Below the pieces are notes generated by a model. That model did no database searches. It saw nothing but the letters and a program-made list of their open reading frames with translations, and was not told the DNA's origin. Shown piece after piece: positions 11,404 to 21,864 of a stretch of DNA of 64,000 nt. Position 1 is the first letter of the stretch; every line of letters begins with the position of its first letter. Both the position numbers and the translations under genes were made by a program. Origin of the DNA: a candidate division WOR-3 bacterium (lineage in GTDB: Bacteria > Hydrothermota > Hydrothermia > B15-G9 > WFZT01); NCBI GenBank assembly GCA_027053075.1, contig JALUEE010000078.1, forward strand, positions 43,573 through 107,572, written 5' to 3'.

Positions 11404-11786
11404 TATCGTCTTCCGTGCCGGCCTCTCCTTTGTTTAAAGCCATGTCCCCGCCACACGGGAAAGCCGTTTGGGTCACGTAGAGTCAGTTTTTTCTTCAGAG
11501 TTTTATCGTTAATTTTCCCTGCGATTATTATGTTGTTGTGAATACTACCATAAATTTCCACCGTGTCTCCGGTACGTGGAAGCCACGGCATTCCAAATCG
11601 TGGCCCAAGGAGTACCTCAAAAGTATCCTTTTTTTCAGTAACAATGTCCATTCTTATAGGCCATGCTGTGTCGTGCACAGCATCAACCACCCCTCCTACA
11701 GTCTTCAAACTCTTGAGATTATAGTACAATCTCTGCCCCCCTGGTTGGGCAAATAATGTGAACGTTAACAGTAAACTAAGAATCAT
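11403..11786 (-). CDS. Secreted hypothetical protein, OB-fold-like
   Basis: Signal peptide; V.LGP...GD.VEI.GS and TLRDPNGFPVW; resembles 13488-13883. Confidence 0.6.
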   Translation of the reverse strand: MILSLLLTFTLFAQPGGQRLYYNLKSLKTVGGVVDAVHDTAWPIRMDIVTEKKDTFEVLLGPRFGMPWLPRTGDTVEIYGSIHNNIIIAGKINDKTLKKKLTLRDPNGFPVWRGHGFKQRRGRHGRR

Positions 11787-12604
11787 TTTTGCAGCTCCTC
11801 CCATATTTCGTATGGGGTTTTCCCTATTTTATCCGAAAATTCACGCAAAGTCATGTTCTTATCCATCTTTACCCCATACTTTAAAAATAGACTTTTGACC
11901 TTCTTTTCACTTACACCTTGCCTCTCAATCAGTTCCTCAAAAGTCATCCTGCCGAGTCCCATTATCTGTTTACCGGAAAATCTTTCCTTTAGAAGATCAT
12001 AAATATGCTCGGGAGAAGTTGAGTTTTTAGCTGCTATGTCTTTTAATTTTTCGTCAACGCTTTGTACCTTTATTCCTCTATTATTCAGATATTTGAGGGC
12101 AATTTCTGGATCACCTTTCAAATCTTCCACCACTTTTTTCAGAGAATAAAGTTCCATGTGAGGAATCGGTGGAGACTGGAGTTTCTTCTCCCATGAATTC
12201 TTGAAGTAATCCCCGATATCCATAACAGTTTTGAAAGGTGGAACGTTTCCTGCCGACCCAACTATGATTACGACGGTCAAAACTGTAGCAACTGCGAGCT
12301 CCTTTTTCAGATAAAATGCATGCTTTGCCTTTCTGTACACGTAGTTATAAAGAGATTTCCAGTTGTAGTAAATGTGGAAGATAGCGAATATCAAAAACGC
12401 GTATCCAAGGTTTGTATGCAATGATTCCCACTGGGTTTTTGTGAGACCCAGTAGTTTCCAGTTTGTCCATTGTGCAATTCTCCCAGGTGGCACGATGTAT
12501 AGGATGATCCCTGAAAAAACGAGACCAATAAATGAGAGTGCCATCAGAAATGCTACGAATCCACGAGAATGCCACTTCTTTTCTTTCCTCTTTACTGCTG
12601 TCAT
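11783..12604 (-). CDS. DUF4405-like membrane protein (heme-binding-type His residues)
   Basis: SGIILYIVPPGRIA, W..LH, FHIYYNW; GGAGG RBS. Confidence 0.7.
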   Translation of the reverse strand: MTAVKRKEKKWHSRGFVAFLMALSFIGLVFSGIILYIVPPGRIAQWTNWKLLGLTKTQWESLHTNLGYAFLIFAIFHIYYNWKSLYNYVYRKAKHAFYLKKELAVATVLTVVIIVGSAGNVPPFKTVMDIGDYFKNSWEKKLQSPPIPHMELYSLKKVVEDLKGDPEIALKYLNNRGIKVQSVDEKLKDIAAKNSTSPEHIYDLLKERFSGKQIMGLGRMTFEELIERQGVSEKKVKSLFLKYGVKMDKNMTLREFSDKIGKTPYEIWEELQK

Positions 12605-12715
12605 TTTTAGAACCTCCTGTGTGTAACGTCCAGTGGGCTTAAAGCTATACAGAGTTCCCGGCTGAATTCCAGGGGGGGGCGTGCCCCTGCGGGGCACGCC
12701 CCCTGATTCCTGTTT

Positions 12716-13390
12716 TTATCTTGCTCTCCCACGATATCTAAATCTACTTCTTCCGTTTGAACCCGAAATAATCCCGTCAAATCTCTCCTGTGAAATATAC
12801 TGAGGAGAGTATGTGCCACCATTCCTTAAAATCTGTCTATAAAATGCCCTCATGTGGTTCTCTGAACCATTAACAAGGTGTGTGTAAACCCTGATCACGT
12901 CAGAATTGACGGCAATATTTGCGAGGGCCTCATCCAGATCGTAAATATCAAGGTCTTCAATGGTTGCTCCCACCACGAGGGCGTCAAGTAACGACCTGCT
13001 CCCCTGTTCCACAAGTCTCTGGTAGAGAGCCGTTAAATTTGGATCCTGGAAGAATCCAATCGAGTCATTTGTTACGGGATCAGCAATTCCATATCTGTCA
13101 AGTAATGTTTTTACTGCATTTGTGTGTCTCTGCTCACTCGAGGCAATGTTATTGAATATTCTTGCTCCCCATCTTTGGTATAGAGTGAGGTACACGTCTC
13201 TTGCAAGCTTTTCTTCCTGTCTCATGTGTATGAGACTCTGGATTTCATCCTGGGTCAAATCAGTTGTCGTGGGTTGAACAGCAGTGGTCTGTGCCACTGG
13301 ATCATTCATGGAAATAGCTGATGATTGACCGCAGGCAGTGAATGCAAATACAGAACCTACTATTATAGTTAGTGCTAACAATCTTCTCAT
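12716..13390 (-). CDS. DUF2202 ferritin-like lipoprotein
   Basis: EEKLARDVY, SEQRH, IEDLDI, GSENHMRAF; lipobox FTAC. Confidence 0.85.
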   Translation of the reverse strand: MRRLLALTIIVGSVFAFTACGQSSAISMNDPVAQTTAVQPTTTDLTQDEIQSLIHMRQEEKLARDVYLTLYQRWGARIFNNIASSEQRHTNAVKTLLDRYGIADPVTNDSIGFFQDPNLTALYQRLVEQGSRSLLDALVVGATIEDLDIYDLDEALANIAVNSDVIRVYTHLVNGSENHMRAFYRQILRNGGTYSPQYISQERFDGIISGSNGRSRFRYRGRAR

Positions 13391-13487
13391 ATTAACAACC
13401 TCCTTTTTAAAATTTTTTATTTTTCATTAAAAATCAAAGTTTTTTGACTTTGTGTGTGGCGGCCTTAAAAAGGCCGCCACACACGCC

Positions 13488-13883
13488 TTACCAATGCCCT
13501 GGGCCCCTCCAGAATCCTGCGCATCTACGTGGACCGTATGCCCACCTCAATGCATATACCCTTTTAGCCGTCAGGTTTCGGACAAAACTTACAAGTATCC
13601 CTGAACTGGCATACTGGAATGAGATTCCCTGGAGTTCAACCCTATCTCCTATACCAATCTGTATGCCGAATGACCATGTGGGTGGTATCCATGCGTAAAC
13701 TATTCTTCCCGGAGCAGTTCTTACTCCAATTCGCATGTATTTGCAGCAGGCCCATGAATTGGGTGCGACATACTCGATCTTTTCTACCACACCTGTTACC
13801 TTCATTTGTGTTGTGTCCTGTGCCATCAAAGCTCCAGAGAACAGCCCAAGACCTATTATGGCGGAGAATATTGCCCTCCTCAT
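13488..13883 (-). CDS. Secreted hypothetical protein, OB-fold-like
   Basis: Signal peptide, AAGGAGG RBS, GDRVELQG. Confidence 0.6.
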   Translation of the reverse strand: MRRAIFSAIIGLGLFSGALMAQDTTQMKVTGVVEKIEYVAPNSWACCKYMRIGVRTAPGRIVYAWIPPTWSFGIQIGIGDRVELQGISFQYASSGILVSFVRNLTAKRVYALRWAYGPRRCAGFWRGPGHW

Positions 13884-13934
13884 GGTCTCATCCTCCTTCA
13901 TTTTTAAATATCAATTTTGTCACTCTATCTAACG

Positions 13935-13949
13935 GCAATTTATCTGCCA
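13935..13949 (-). promoter_or_regulatory. Sigma54 -24/-12 promoter
   Basis: TGGCAGATAAATTGC (GG-N10-GC) upstream of the 13883-10201 operon. Confidence 0.8.
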
Positions 13950-14004
13950 CAAAATAAAATTTTAGGTTTGATGCGTTTTTCACAATGGACTCCTATGGAA
14001 TCGC

Positions 14005-14064
14005 ATACAAAATTGTCGAATGATAGGATACGCACAGGATAGAATTCGACAATTTTGTCGAATT
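14005..14064. promoter_or_regulatory. Candidate upstream activator sequences
   Basis: Inverted repeat AATTCGACAATTTTGTCGAATT (14043-14064) plus partial copy TACAAAATTGTCGAAT. Confidence 0.6.
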
Positions 14065-14146
14065 GAAGGAAATTAAACTCCCTGGCTGGATTTTACCACG
14101 TTAGATATGTTAGAAAATTAAGGGATTGAGAACGGAAGCTATATGA

Positions 14147-15511
14147 TCAGCTATGTTTTTCCTTTATTCCAAGTTTTTCCATCCTGTATCTAAGTACCCT
14201 TTCTGAGATCCCAAGTTCCTTCGCAGCTCTTGTCTTCACCCAGTTATTCTTCTTTAGTGCCTCGAGGATTAGACTTTTTTCAATAAGCTCGAGTCTCTCT
14301 GGCAAGGATAAATTTTTATTGCTTTCAACCTGAAATTCGCTCGATAGAAGATGAACAGGCAAGTCATCAGTTGTGATAAGGTCACCTTGGGCCATCACAA
14401 CGGCCCTTTCAACGATATTTTCCAGTTCTCTTACATTGCCAAGATAATCGTATCTTATTAATGCCTCATAAGCCTCTCTTGTAAAACCGTGGATTTTCTT
14501 TCCCTCTTTTTGACTGAATTTTTTGAGAAAGTGAGCGAGGAGATACGGAATATCCTCTCTCCGCTCCCTCAGAGGTTTGATGTGAATATGGATGACATTC
14601 AGTCTGTAGTAGAGGTCTTCTCTAAAATTTCCCTTCCTGACTTCTTCTTCGAGATTCTTATTTGTAGCTGCAATGACTCTGATATCCACTTTGACAGGTT
14701 TGGACGAACCAACCGGGAAAAATTCACCTTCTTGCAAAGCCCTCAGTAGTTTGGGCTGAAGATTTAGAGGGAGTTCACCAATTTCATCGAGGAAGATAGT
14801 GCCACCATCTGCCATCTGAAAATACCCCTTTCTGTCTTTAACTGCATCAGTGAATGCTCCTTTTACATGTCCAAAGAGTTCAGATTCGATCAAAGTCTCC
14901 GGAATGGCTGCAACATTCACTGGTATGAAAGGTTTGTCTTTTCGAGGGGAATAACGGTGGATAAATCTCGCTATAAGCTCTTTCCCGGTCCCTGTCTCTC
15001 CTGTAATTAATACAGAGGCACGGGATTTTGCAACTTTGAGAGCAGTGGCAAGAACCCTCTTCATCTCGTATGATTCAGCTACGATACCCTCCACATCAGG
15101 ATAGAAAAGTTCTTTTTCTTCTTTGAGTAGCTCGATTTCTTTCACGAGATTTAGATGTTTTATTGCACGGGAAATGACAATGAGCAATTCATCAAGATTT
15201 ATCGGTTTTACCAGATAGTGGAATGCTCCAGACTTCATTGCTTCGATAACGAGATCGACATCAGAGTAAGCAGTGGTCATTATAACCGGGATTTGTGGAT
15301 TAATCTCCCTGATTTTCTTTAACAAATCGATACCCGACGTGTCTGGCAATTTGATATCGAGAAGGATAGCATCAAAAATTCTGGACTCGAATTTTTTTAA
15401 CGCTTCTCCACCAGACTCCGCTCCTTCGGTTTCGTAACCTTTACTTTCGAGAAATTCCTGGAGAATCTCTCTTTGATTTTTTTCGTCCTCTACTATCAAT
15501 ATTGTTGACAT
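14147..15511 (-). CDS. NtrC-family sigma54-dependent response regulator
   Basis: Receiver domain, GETGTGKE, GAFTDA, FLDEIG, FREDLYYRL, Fis-type HTH. Confidence 0.95.
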   Translation of the reverse strand: MSTILIVEDEKNQREILQEFLESKGYETEGAESGGEALKKFESRIFDAILLDIKLPDTSGIDLLKKIREINPQIPVIMTTAYSDVDLVIEAMKSGAFHYLVKPINLDELLIVISRAIKHLNLVKEIELLKEEKELFYPDVEGIVAESYEMKRVLATALKVAKSRASVLITGETGTGKELIARFIHRYSPRKDKPFIPVNVAAIPETLIESELFGHVKGAFTDAVKDRKGYFQMADGGTIFLDEIGELPLNLQPKLLRALQEGEFFPVGSSKPVKVDIRVIAATNKNLEEEVRKGNFREDLYYRLNVIHIHIKPLRERREDIPYLLAHFLKKFSQKEGKKIHGFTREAYEALIRYDYLGNVRELENIVERAVVMAQGDLITTDDLPVHLLSSEFQVESNKNLSLPERLELIEKSLILEALKKNNWVKTRAAKELGISERVLRYRMEKLGIKEKHS

Positions 15512-15589
15512 CTCAACACCCCTTTGGGCATTATGAATATAAAAGATGGCAGAAGTTTTACAAGTATCTTCATAAACTATGAATCAAAC

Positions 15590-16480
15590 TTAAAAGATTT
15601 TCTTCACAAAACTCAGGGTCTCATATTTTTTTGCCCCCATACGCCGTTTAAATTCCTCCACTCCGGGCAATCCCAGGCTCGAGCCCAGGTTGTAAATGTG
15701 GATATCCAGCTTTTCTACAACAGTTTTATGCAGGAGATTGTTGGGCCTCAGGTCTAAAAACTCCTTTTTTGCCACTCCATAGTGGTAAAAGGCATATTTC
15801 TTCCCCAATACCACGAAGATATGCGCTACAGGCTGATCCCGGTAAACAGCCGAAAAAAGCCGGGCAACTCCACTTTTTATCTGCTCTTCAAAAAATACCC
15901 TCTTACCTTCCACCCGCTTATCAAGCCAACCCTCCCGGGAAAATAACTCTTCAAGAAATTCATTCAAGTTACTATTTATCTTCACTCTCACACCTTCCCG
16001 CTCAGCCTTTCTTGCCCCGCGTAAGAAAGATTCTGTGAAAGCGTCCCCCTCTTTTAAATTCAGGATATGCGTGAATCCCCTAAATTCTTTCATCCCCGAG
16101 AACACCACCGGGGCTATCTGATTAAAGGGCTCCAGATTAACCACAAAACGCACAAGCCCTTTCGAAATTCTACTTATAAACTCCCTGATACACTCAAAAT
16201 CATGCTCACCCTCCACTAAAACCGGGCCTCCGTAAGTTCCAAGCGGCCCGCTGTAGATTGCCCGGAGGAGGTAGGTTTTTGATAGAAGAAACGGGAAAAG
16301 ATACGTAGAATCACGGCATCTTATTTCATAGGCACCGTGCTCGTAATTCTTTCTCAAACTTTTATAGATTTTAAGCCATTGAGGTGAGTAAAAAGGTGGG
16401 TAAACCTCGAGCCTGTTCAGAAGTTCAACCCACCTTTCCTCACCTATACGCTCATAATTCAATTGTTTATGCTCATACAT
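15590..16480 (-). CDS. GNAT/FemAB-like acyltransferase
   Basis: GTYGGP, RPNNLLH, YNLG...FKRRMGA pattern. Confidence 0.65.
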   Translation of the reverse strand: MYEHKQLNYERIGEERWVELLNRLEVYPPFYSPQWLKIYKSLRKNYEHGAYEIRCRDSTYLFPFLLSKTYLLRAIYSGPLGTYGGPVLVEGEHDFECIREFISRISKGLVRFVVNLEPFNQIAPVVFSGMKEFRGFTHILNLKEGDAFTESFLRGARKAEREGVRVKINSNLNEFLEELFSREGWLDKRVEGKRVFFEEQIKSGVARLFSAVYRDQPVAHIFVVLGKKYAFYHYGVAKKEFLDLRPNNLLHKTVVEKLDIHIYNLGSSLGLPGVEEFKRRMGAKKYETLSFVKKIF

Positions 16481-16769
16481 TAATCAGAATGACACTCCAA
16501 ACCACTCGCCCGCACAAAGTGCGTAAGGGAAGGAAAAGGTATTGGCTTTAACGTGTTCGAAAATTCTGGGATTTTTCTCCTTTTCTCTTCACTTTTCCCA
16601 TTCCACCCCATCCCTCCCTTCCCAAAGGGAAGGGAGGGTGAAAAAATTTGAATTTCTGGATTTTTTGTAGAGACACCTATCCACTGCGCATTTCGTAAGT
16701 GAAGATAAAGTGTAGTGACATTTTTGAACACGCCTGGAAATCCTTTGAGTGTATTCACAAACATTTCCA

Positions 16770-17915
16770 TTACTTATTTCTTAAAAAGGCACGGGCGATG
16801 GTTAGCCTGTGGGCCTCGGATGTCCCTTCATAAATTTCTGTAATCTTGGCATCTCTGTAATGTCTTTCCACATCAAAGTCCTCGGTATATCCATAACCAC
16901 CGTGAACCTGAATGGCTTCACGAGTTACCTTCATTGCTACATCTGATGCAAATAGCTTTGCATAAGCAGAGGCGACAACATAATTCTCGCCTCTGTCCTT
17001 TAGAAATGCAGCCTTTAGATAGAGCAGCCTCGCAGCCTCAATAAGCATTGCCATATCCGCAATTTTCCACTGAATAGCCTGGAATTCGGCTATAGGTTTT
17101 CCAAACTGCTTTCTTTCCTTGGCATAGGCTACTGATTCTTCAAAGGCTGCCCTCGCAATCCCTGTGGCCTGTGCAGCAATCCCGATTCTTCCACCATCGT
17201 AGGCATCAAGGGCTATATAAAAACCTTTACCACGCTCACCAAGCATATTTTCATCTGGAACCCTCATATCCTCAAAAATGAGCTCGGCAGTGGATGAAGC
17301 CCTGATTCCAAGCTTATGCTCTATCTTTCCAATAGAAAAGCCAGGGGTATCCCTTTCCACAATAAATGCCGAAAGTCCCTTGTGCCCGAGCTCCGGATCA
17401 GTTTTGGCAAAAATCAGATAAATACCTGCCTCTCGACCATTTGTAATGAAAATCTTCCGACCATTTATCACCCATTCGTTGCCATCCTTTACAGCACGGG
17501 TTTTGATGCCCGCAATGTCTGTCCCTGCCTCTGGCTCGGTCATTCCGTGGGCTCCGATGGCCTTCCCTGAGGCAAGAAGTGGGAGATACTTTTTCTTCTG
17601 TTCCTCTGTGCCGTATTTCATGATGGGATCAACAACGAGGGAAGTGTGAGCAGACATAATTACACCTGTTCCAGCGCATGCCCTTGAGATTTCCTCAACC
17701 ATCAAGGCATAGCTCACAACGTCCATTCCAGCACCACCATATACTTCGGGGACATAGACCCCAAACATACCGAGTTTTGCCATCTTTTTCACGATTTCAG
17801 CGGGGAATTTTGCCTCTCTGTCCAGCTCACGGGCCACGGGCTTTATTTCCTTTTCTGCAAATTCCCGTGCCATATCCCTTGCCATTTTTTGTTCTTCAGT
17901 TAGCTCAAAATTCAT
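16770..17915 (-). CDS. Acyl-CoA (butyryl-CoA-type) dehydrogenase
   Basis: TEPEAGTD, KLGIRASST, DGGRIGIAAQA, KITEIYEGTSE. Confidence 0.94.
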   Translation of the reverse strand: MNFELTEEQKMARDMAREFAEKEIKPVARELDREAKFPAEIVKKMAKLGMFGVYVPEVYGGAGMDVVSYALMVEEISRACAGTGVIMSAHTSLVVDPIMKYGTEEQKKKYLPLLASGKAIGAHGMTEPEAGTDIAGIKTRAVKDGNEWVINGRKIFITNGREAGIYLIFAKTDPELGHKGLSAFIVERDTPGFSIGKIEHKLGIRASSTAELIFEDMRVPDENMLGERGKGFYIALDAYDGGRIGIAAQATGIARAAFEESVAYAKERKQFGKPIAEFQAIQWKIADMAMLIEAARLLYLKAAFLKDRGENYVVASAYAKLFASDVAMKVTREAIQVHGGYGYTEDFDVERHYRDAKITEIYEGTSEAHRLTIARAFLRNK

Positions 17916-17918
17916 AAC

Positions 17919-18536
17919 TCACCTCCTAAAATTCGTCTTTTCCGGTGCATCAAAAAGCAATCTATTTAAAAAATAATGCCCAAATCTACTCCCTCTCCTC
18001 ACATCATAAATGACAAAAACTGTCCTTCTGAAGATAAGGAATAAAGAAACAAAAAGCAAAGCACGAAAATATTGCGGAGCAAAAAATGGGGCAATAAATG
18101 GCATGGAGAGGATGGCAAAAAAATTACTCAAACCCGCCTCCCTTAAAGCCAATCCGGCAATGGAAATTGCGACAAAAATACCAAAAATTACAGGGCTTAT
18201 AAAAAGTAGCACTCCCAGTGTTGTGGCTATACCTCGTCCTCCCTTAAATCCAATAAAAATCGAATAGCAATGTCCGACAATGGGACTGAGAAGTGCTATG
18301 TCCTGAATGATACCGGGTGTAGTCAACTTTAATACAAGAACTGCAGCCACCAATCCTTTTGCAAAATCAAGTAATCCGGCGACAATTCCTGTGACTTTAC
18401 CTGCATTCCTAATGGCATTTGAGCCCCCAACGTTGCCCGTCCCAACTTTTCTAATATCTATCCCCCTGGTAACCCGGGGCAGGATGAAGGAGAACGGAAT
18501 ACTACCGATCAAATAACCTGCAATAATAGCCAGCAC
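17919..18536 (-). CDS. plsY: Glycerol-3-phosphate acyltransferase PlsY
   Basis: YLIGSIP, GTGNVGGSN, GH...FKGGRGIAT. Confidence 0.88.
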   Translation of the reverse strand: MLAIIAGYLIGSIPFSFILPRVTRGIDIRKVGTGNVGGSNAIRNAGKVTGIVAGLLDFAKGLVAAVLVLKLTTPGIIQDIALLSPIVGHCYSIFIGFKGGRGIATTLGVLLFISPVIFGIFVAISIAGLALREAGLSNFFAILSMPFIAPFFAPQYFRALLFVSLFLIFRRTVFVIYDVRRGSRFGHYFLNRLLFDAPEKTNFRR

Positions 18537-18590
18537 GCATGAAGTATAACACTAGAAGCCCAAAATTTTCAAAGTTTTGGAGATTTTTCA

Positions 18591-18623
18591 GGCGGGCCCA
18601 CGCACGAAGTGCGTGGGCCCGCC
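18591..18623. repeat. GC-rich palindrome (REP-like)
   Basis: 15-bp stem, CACGCAC-GAA-GTGCGTG core. Confidence 0.85.
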
Positions 18624-18770
18624 GAAGCAATTCCAATAACCTTAAAAAAAAGACATACTGGATGGGACCAGGGCTTCTGGCAAATTGAAAGAGCAATAAA
18701 TATGGGGTCATTAATCTTCCACGAAGATTTTTTGTGGTCAACTCAAGGCAAATGCATTAAAATGATTGAT

Positions 18771-19223
18771 ATGAGAAAATTTCTAATTGGTGGCATAGTA
18801 ATTCTGCTTCTTACTTCCTGCACGGCAGTGAGACAGGTCGTGGCTATTAAAGACCTGAAGATTAAGTTTCAAAACGTGGAGCTGGCACGCATAACCTTAG
18901 AAGGGGTGGACCTGAACCTCAACTTTAAAGCCTACAATCCAAATAGAGTGAACGCAGTACTCTCTGGATTTGCCGTTGATATATTTGCCAACAATATGAA
19001 AGTAGGAAAAGCGACCCTCAATAAAACCCTGAAAGTCCCTGCCGGTGGTAACGCAACCTTCACCATTCCCCTTCATCTGAGCTGGAGGGAGCTTTCTAAT
19101 TCTCTCTCAAATGCAATAAGGAAAAAATCCGTTACCTTTCGCGCCACAGGTTATGCTTTGATAAATACCCCACTTGGCAAACTCCGTTTTAAAGTCGCTG
19201 ATTACACAAGAGAGATCAGGTAG
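18771..19223 (+). CDS. LEA type 2 / WHy-domain lipoprotein
   Basis: Lipobox LTSC, YNPN motif. Confidence 0.8.
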   Translation: MRKFLIGGIVILLLTSCTAVRQVVAIKDLKIKFQNVELARITLEGVDLNLNFKAYNPNRVNAVLSGFAVDIFANNMKVGKATLNKTLKVPAGGNATFTIPLHLSWRELSNSLSNAIRKKSVTFRATGYALINTPLGKLRFKVADYTREIR

Positions 19224-19225
19224 GC

Positions 19226-21031
19226 TCAATCTCCGTGCAGGTGGTAGTAAATCTTTTGGGCAAGTTTGGGGCCAATACCCTCCACCCTCTGGATTTCCTC
19301 AACTGAAGCAGACATCAGTCTCGATAGACTGCCAAAATAGGAAATCAGTGCCTGCTTGCGCTTTTCACCTATGTCTGGAATTGTATCCAGAAAAGAAACA
19401 AACCCCTCTTTTGTCCTCAAATCCCTGTGGAAGGTTATGGCAAATCTGTGGGCCTCGTTCCTCAACCGTTGGATAAGCTTAAGTGCTTCAGAGCGTCTTG
19501 GAAGCATTAGAACCTTCCCATCCTGGGTGTAAAGCTCATCAAATCTCTTTGCTATTGCAAGAAAATAAACATCCTGTACACCAAGTTCCCTTGCCGCAGC
19601 AAGAGCCTGGTTGAGCTGCCCCACTCCCCCATCAATGACAAAAATATCTGGCAATCTCTTGCCCTCCTTTGTGAGTCTGCGAAGTCTCCTCTTTACCACC
19701 TCGTGAATCATACTAAAATCATCAATTCCCTGAACAGTCTTAATCCTGTACTTCCTGTAATCAGACTTTTTGGGATACCCCTTTTCAAAAACAACTATAC
19801 TGCCTACCGGGTTGTTACCAAAGGTGTGTGAAATATCCACAGCCTCGATTCTCTCAGGCACACGATCAAGCTTTAAAAGGTCCTTCAATTCAAAAAGTGA
19901 GGGATGAATTGCCCTGTCCTCTATTTTTAGCTTTTGGATCTCAATCTCAAGCTCCTTTTGCGCGTTTTCCATGGCCAGCTTGAGAAGGGAATTCTCATCT
20001 GAAACAGGCTTCCTGATCTTAATTTTCTTCTCGGTCTTTTTCTCAAGATAGGCCCTCAAGTAATCAACACTTGGGGGCAATTCCGGGACAATGATCAAAT
20101 TTGTCCACAAAGTGGCAGTTGAATAGTACTGCCAGAGGAATTTTTCAAACGCTTCTATTTCAGAGATTCCCGGTTCTGTATCAACAAAGAACGTCTCCTT
20201 ATAGACGAGCTTGCCGGTTTTGACATTCAAAACCACAAAAACCCCAAAATTGCGGGAGAGTGCGTATCCCCAGACCTCAAGGTCTTTGCCATTGGGTGAA
20301 ACAACACTCTGAGGAGATAAAAGCTCCCTCAATGCAAGAAGATTATCTCGAATTTTAGCCGCGCGCTCAAACTCAAGATTCTCCGCGGCTTCCTTCATCT
20401 CCTCCTCGAGTATCTTCTCAACCCTTGTGGTTCGACCTGATAGGAGTTCGATTATTCCATTAACGAGCTTCATATACTCTTCTCTGGGCACATCCACCAC
20501 ACACGGACCAATGCATTTTCCGATATGATAGTCAATGCAGGCAGGGAATCTCTTCCCTGGAGCAAGTTTATAGGTGCAGGTTCTAACAGGGAAAAGATTT
20601 CTCACCATCCTGATGGTTTTTCTAAGGGCTTTTGCAGACGTGTAGGGACCAAAGTAAATGGAATCTCGATCGCTCAGGTCCCTCGTTGCAAAAATTCCCG
20701 GATAGTAGTCTTTAATGGTGATCTTGAGATAAGGATACTTTTTATCGTCCTTTAGACGAATGTTGTAGTACGGCTTGTACTGCTTGATAAGATTTGCCTC
20801 CAATAGAAGGGCCTCTGACTCTGAACCTGTGAGGATAAGCTGCAGGTCCCGTATTTTTGAGACCATCACCCTGAGTCTTGGATTTTCCTGTGGCTGGAGA
20901 TAACTCCTCAAGCGATTCTTCAGATTTTTTGCCTTGCCCACGTAGAGTACGTGTCCATTTTTATCCTTAAAGATGTAAACACCGGGCTTTTCCGGAACCG
21001 TCTTTATCCTCTGAAGCAGGAACTCATTCAT
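19226..21031 (-). CDS. uvrC: Excinuclease ABC subunit C
   Basis: PGVY..YVGKAKNL GIY-YIG, UVR domain, DISH, IDGG, HhH; start at MNEFLL. Confidence 0.96.
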   Translation of the reverse strand: MNEFLLQRIKTVPEKPGVYIFKDKNGHVLYVGKAKNLKNRLRSYLQPQENPRLRVMVSKIRDLQLILTGSESEALLLEANLIKQYKPYYNIRLKDDKKYPYLKITIKDYYPGIFATRDLSDRDSIYFGPYTSAKALRKTIRMVRNLFPVRTCTYKLAPGKRFPACIDYHIGKCIGPCVVDVPREEYMKLVNGIIELLSGRTTRVEKILEEEMKEAAENLEFERAAKIRDNLLALRELLSPQSVVSPNGKDLEVWGYALSRNFGVFVVLNVKTGKLVYKETFFVDTEPGISEIEAFEKFLWQYYSTATLWTNLIIVPELPPSVDYLRAYLEKKTEKKIKIRKPVSDENSLLKLAMENAQKELEIEIQKLKIEDRAIHPSLFELKDLLKLDRVPERIEAVDISHTFGNNPVGSIVVFEKGYPKKSDYRKYRIKTVQGIDDFSMIHEVVKRRLRRLTKEGKRLPDIFVIDGGVGQLNQALAAARELGVQDVYFLAIAKRFDELYTQDGKVLMLPRRSEALKLIQRLRNEAHRFAITFHRDLRTKEGFVSFLDTIPDIGEKRKQALISYFGSLSRLMSASVEEIQRVEGIGPKLAQKIYYHLHGD

Positions 21032-21170
21032 GGGATAAAAAATACACTTAAACCTATTTCTCCACCACCCACAACAGATACGAGCTAAAATTTTATCAAC
21101 CATATCTTGACAGATTTTATCAATCAGATTACTTATAAAACATAATAAGACTATTAGGAGGTTTTTAGAT

Positions 21171-21863
21171 ATGAGCGTTCTGGAACTTAGAGAATTACAG
21201 GCATTGAACACCCTTGTCTTCGAGACCCTTGGACAGCCAGAGAAGGAGAGAGAATTCAAATTCAAATCTCTCAAGAAATGGGGTCTGGATTTGATTTTGG
21301 GTAAAAAGGGAGGGAAAACCACGTATTTTGTCGCTGAGTATGGGAAAAGGAAGTTGGGTGATATTTATGAAGAAAGCGGTGTTAAATACGAAGTTGACGA
21401 GATCCTTTACGAAATGCCCAAAAATAAGAGGTTATTTGCCCACATTGAAATGGAGGACGGTAGAGCCTACCTTGTTGGTCAGCTCAGAGAAGGAGATGAA
21501 AACATCGAAATCCTTAGGTTACCCGCTGCATCACTACTTCTTGCCTATTTCAAAAAGCACAGGTTGCACCACTTGATCGAGGCAATGAGAAATGTTGGAA
21601 CAGCTACGGAGTTGGTTAAGCAAAGAGGTCAGGAGGGAAAGCCATATCCATTCAGCAAATTGCCCAATGTAGCAAGAAGATTCCTGAGAGAAGCCAAGAA
21701 AATCGAGCGCGAAGCAGGATTTGGAAGAGTCGCACTTGCATACTACGGTGAAAACAAGGACGGAGATGCAAGATTCAGAGTCTCATGGTTACTCCCAACC
21801 ATTGCTCTCTTTGAAATCGATATCGCGGAGAAGGCAGACAAAATCCTTGGAGCTTTCAAGTAA
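21171..21863 (+). CDS. Hypothetical protein (first gene of prefoldin operon)
   Basis: 230-aa ORF with AGGAGG RBS. Confidence 0.8.
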   Translation: MSVLELRELQALNTLVFETLGQPEKEREFKFKSLKKWGLDLILGKKGGKTTYFVAEYGKRKLGDIYEESGVKYEVDEILYEMPKNKRLFAHIEMEDGRAYLVGQLREGDENIEILRLPAASLLLAYFKKHRLHHLIEAMRNVGTATELVKQRGQEGKPYPFSKLPNVARRFLREAKKIEREAGFGRVALAYYGENKDGDARFRVSWLLPTIALFEIDIAEKADKILGAFK

Positions 21864-21864
21864 G

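Noticed and set aside
21032..21322. N-terminal extension of uvrC in the ORF track (likewise 27089-27394 for the S41 protease and 6269-6364 for the acyl-CoA dehydrogenase)
   Set aside because: Overlaps neighbouring genes; family homology starts at a downstream ATG
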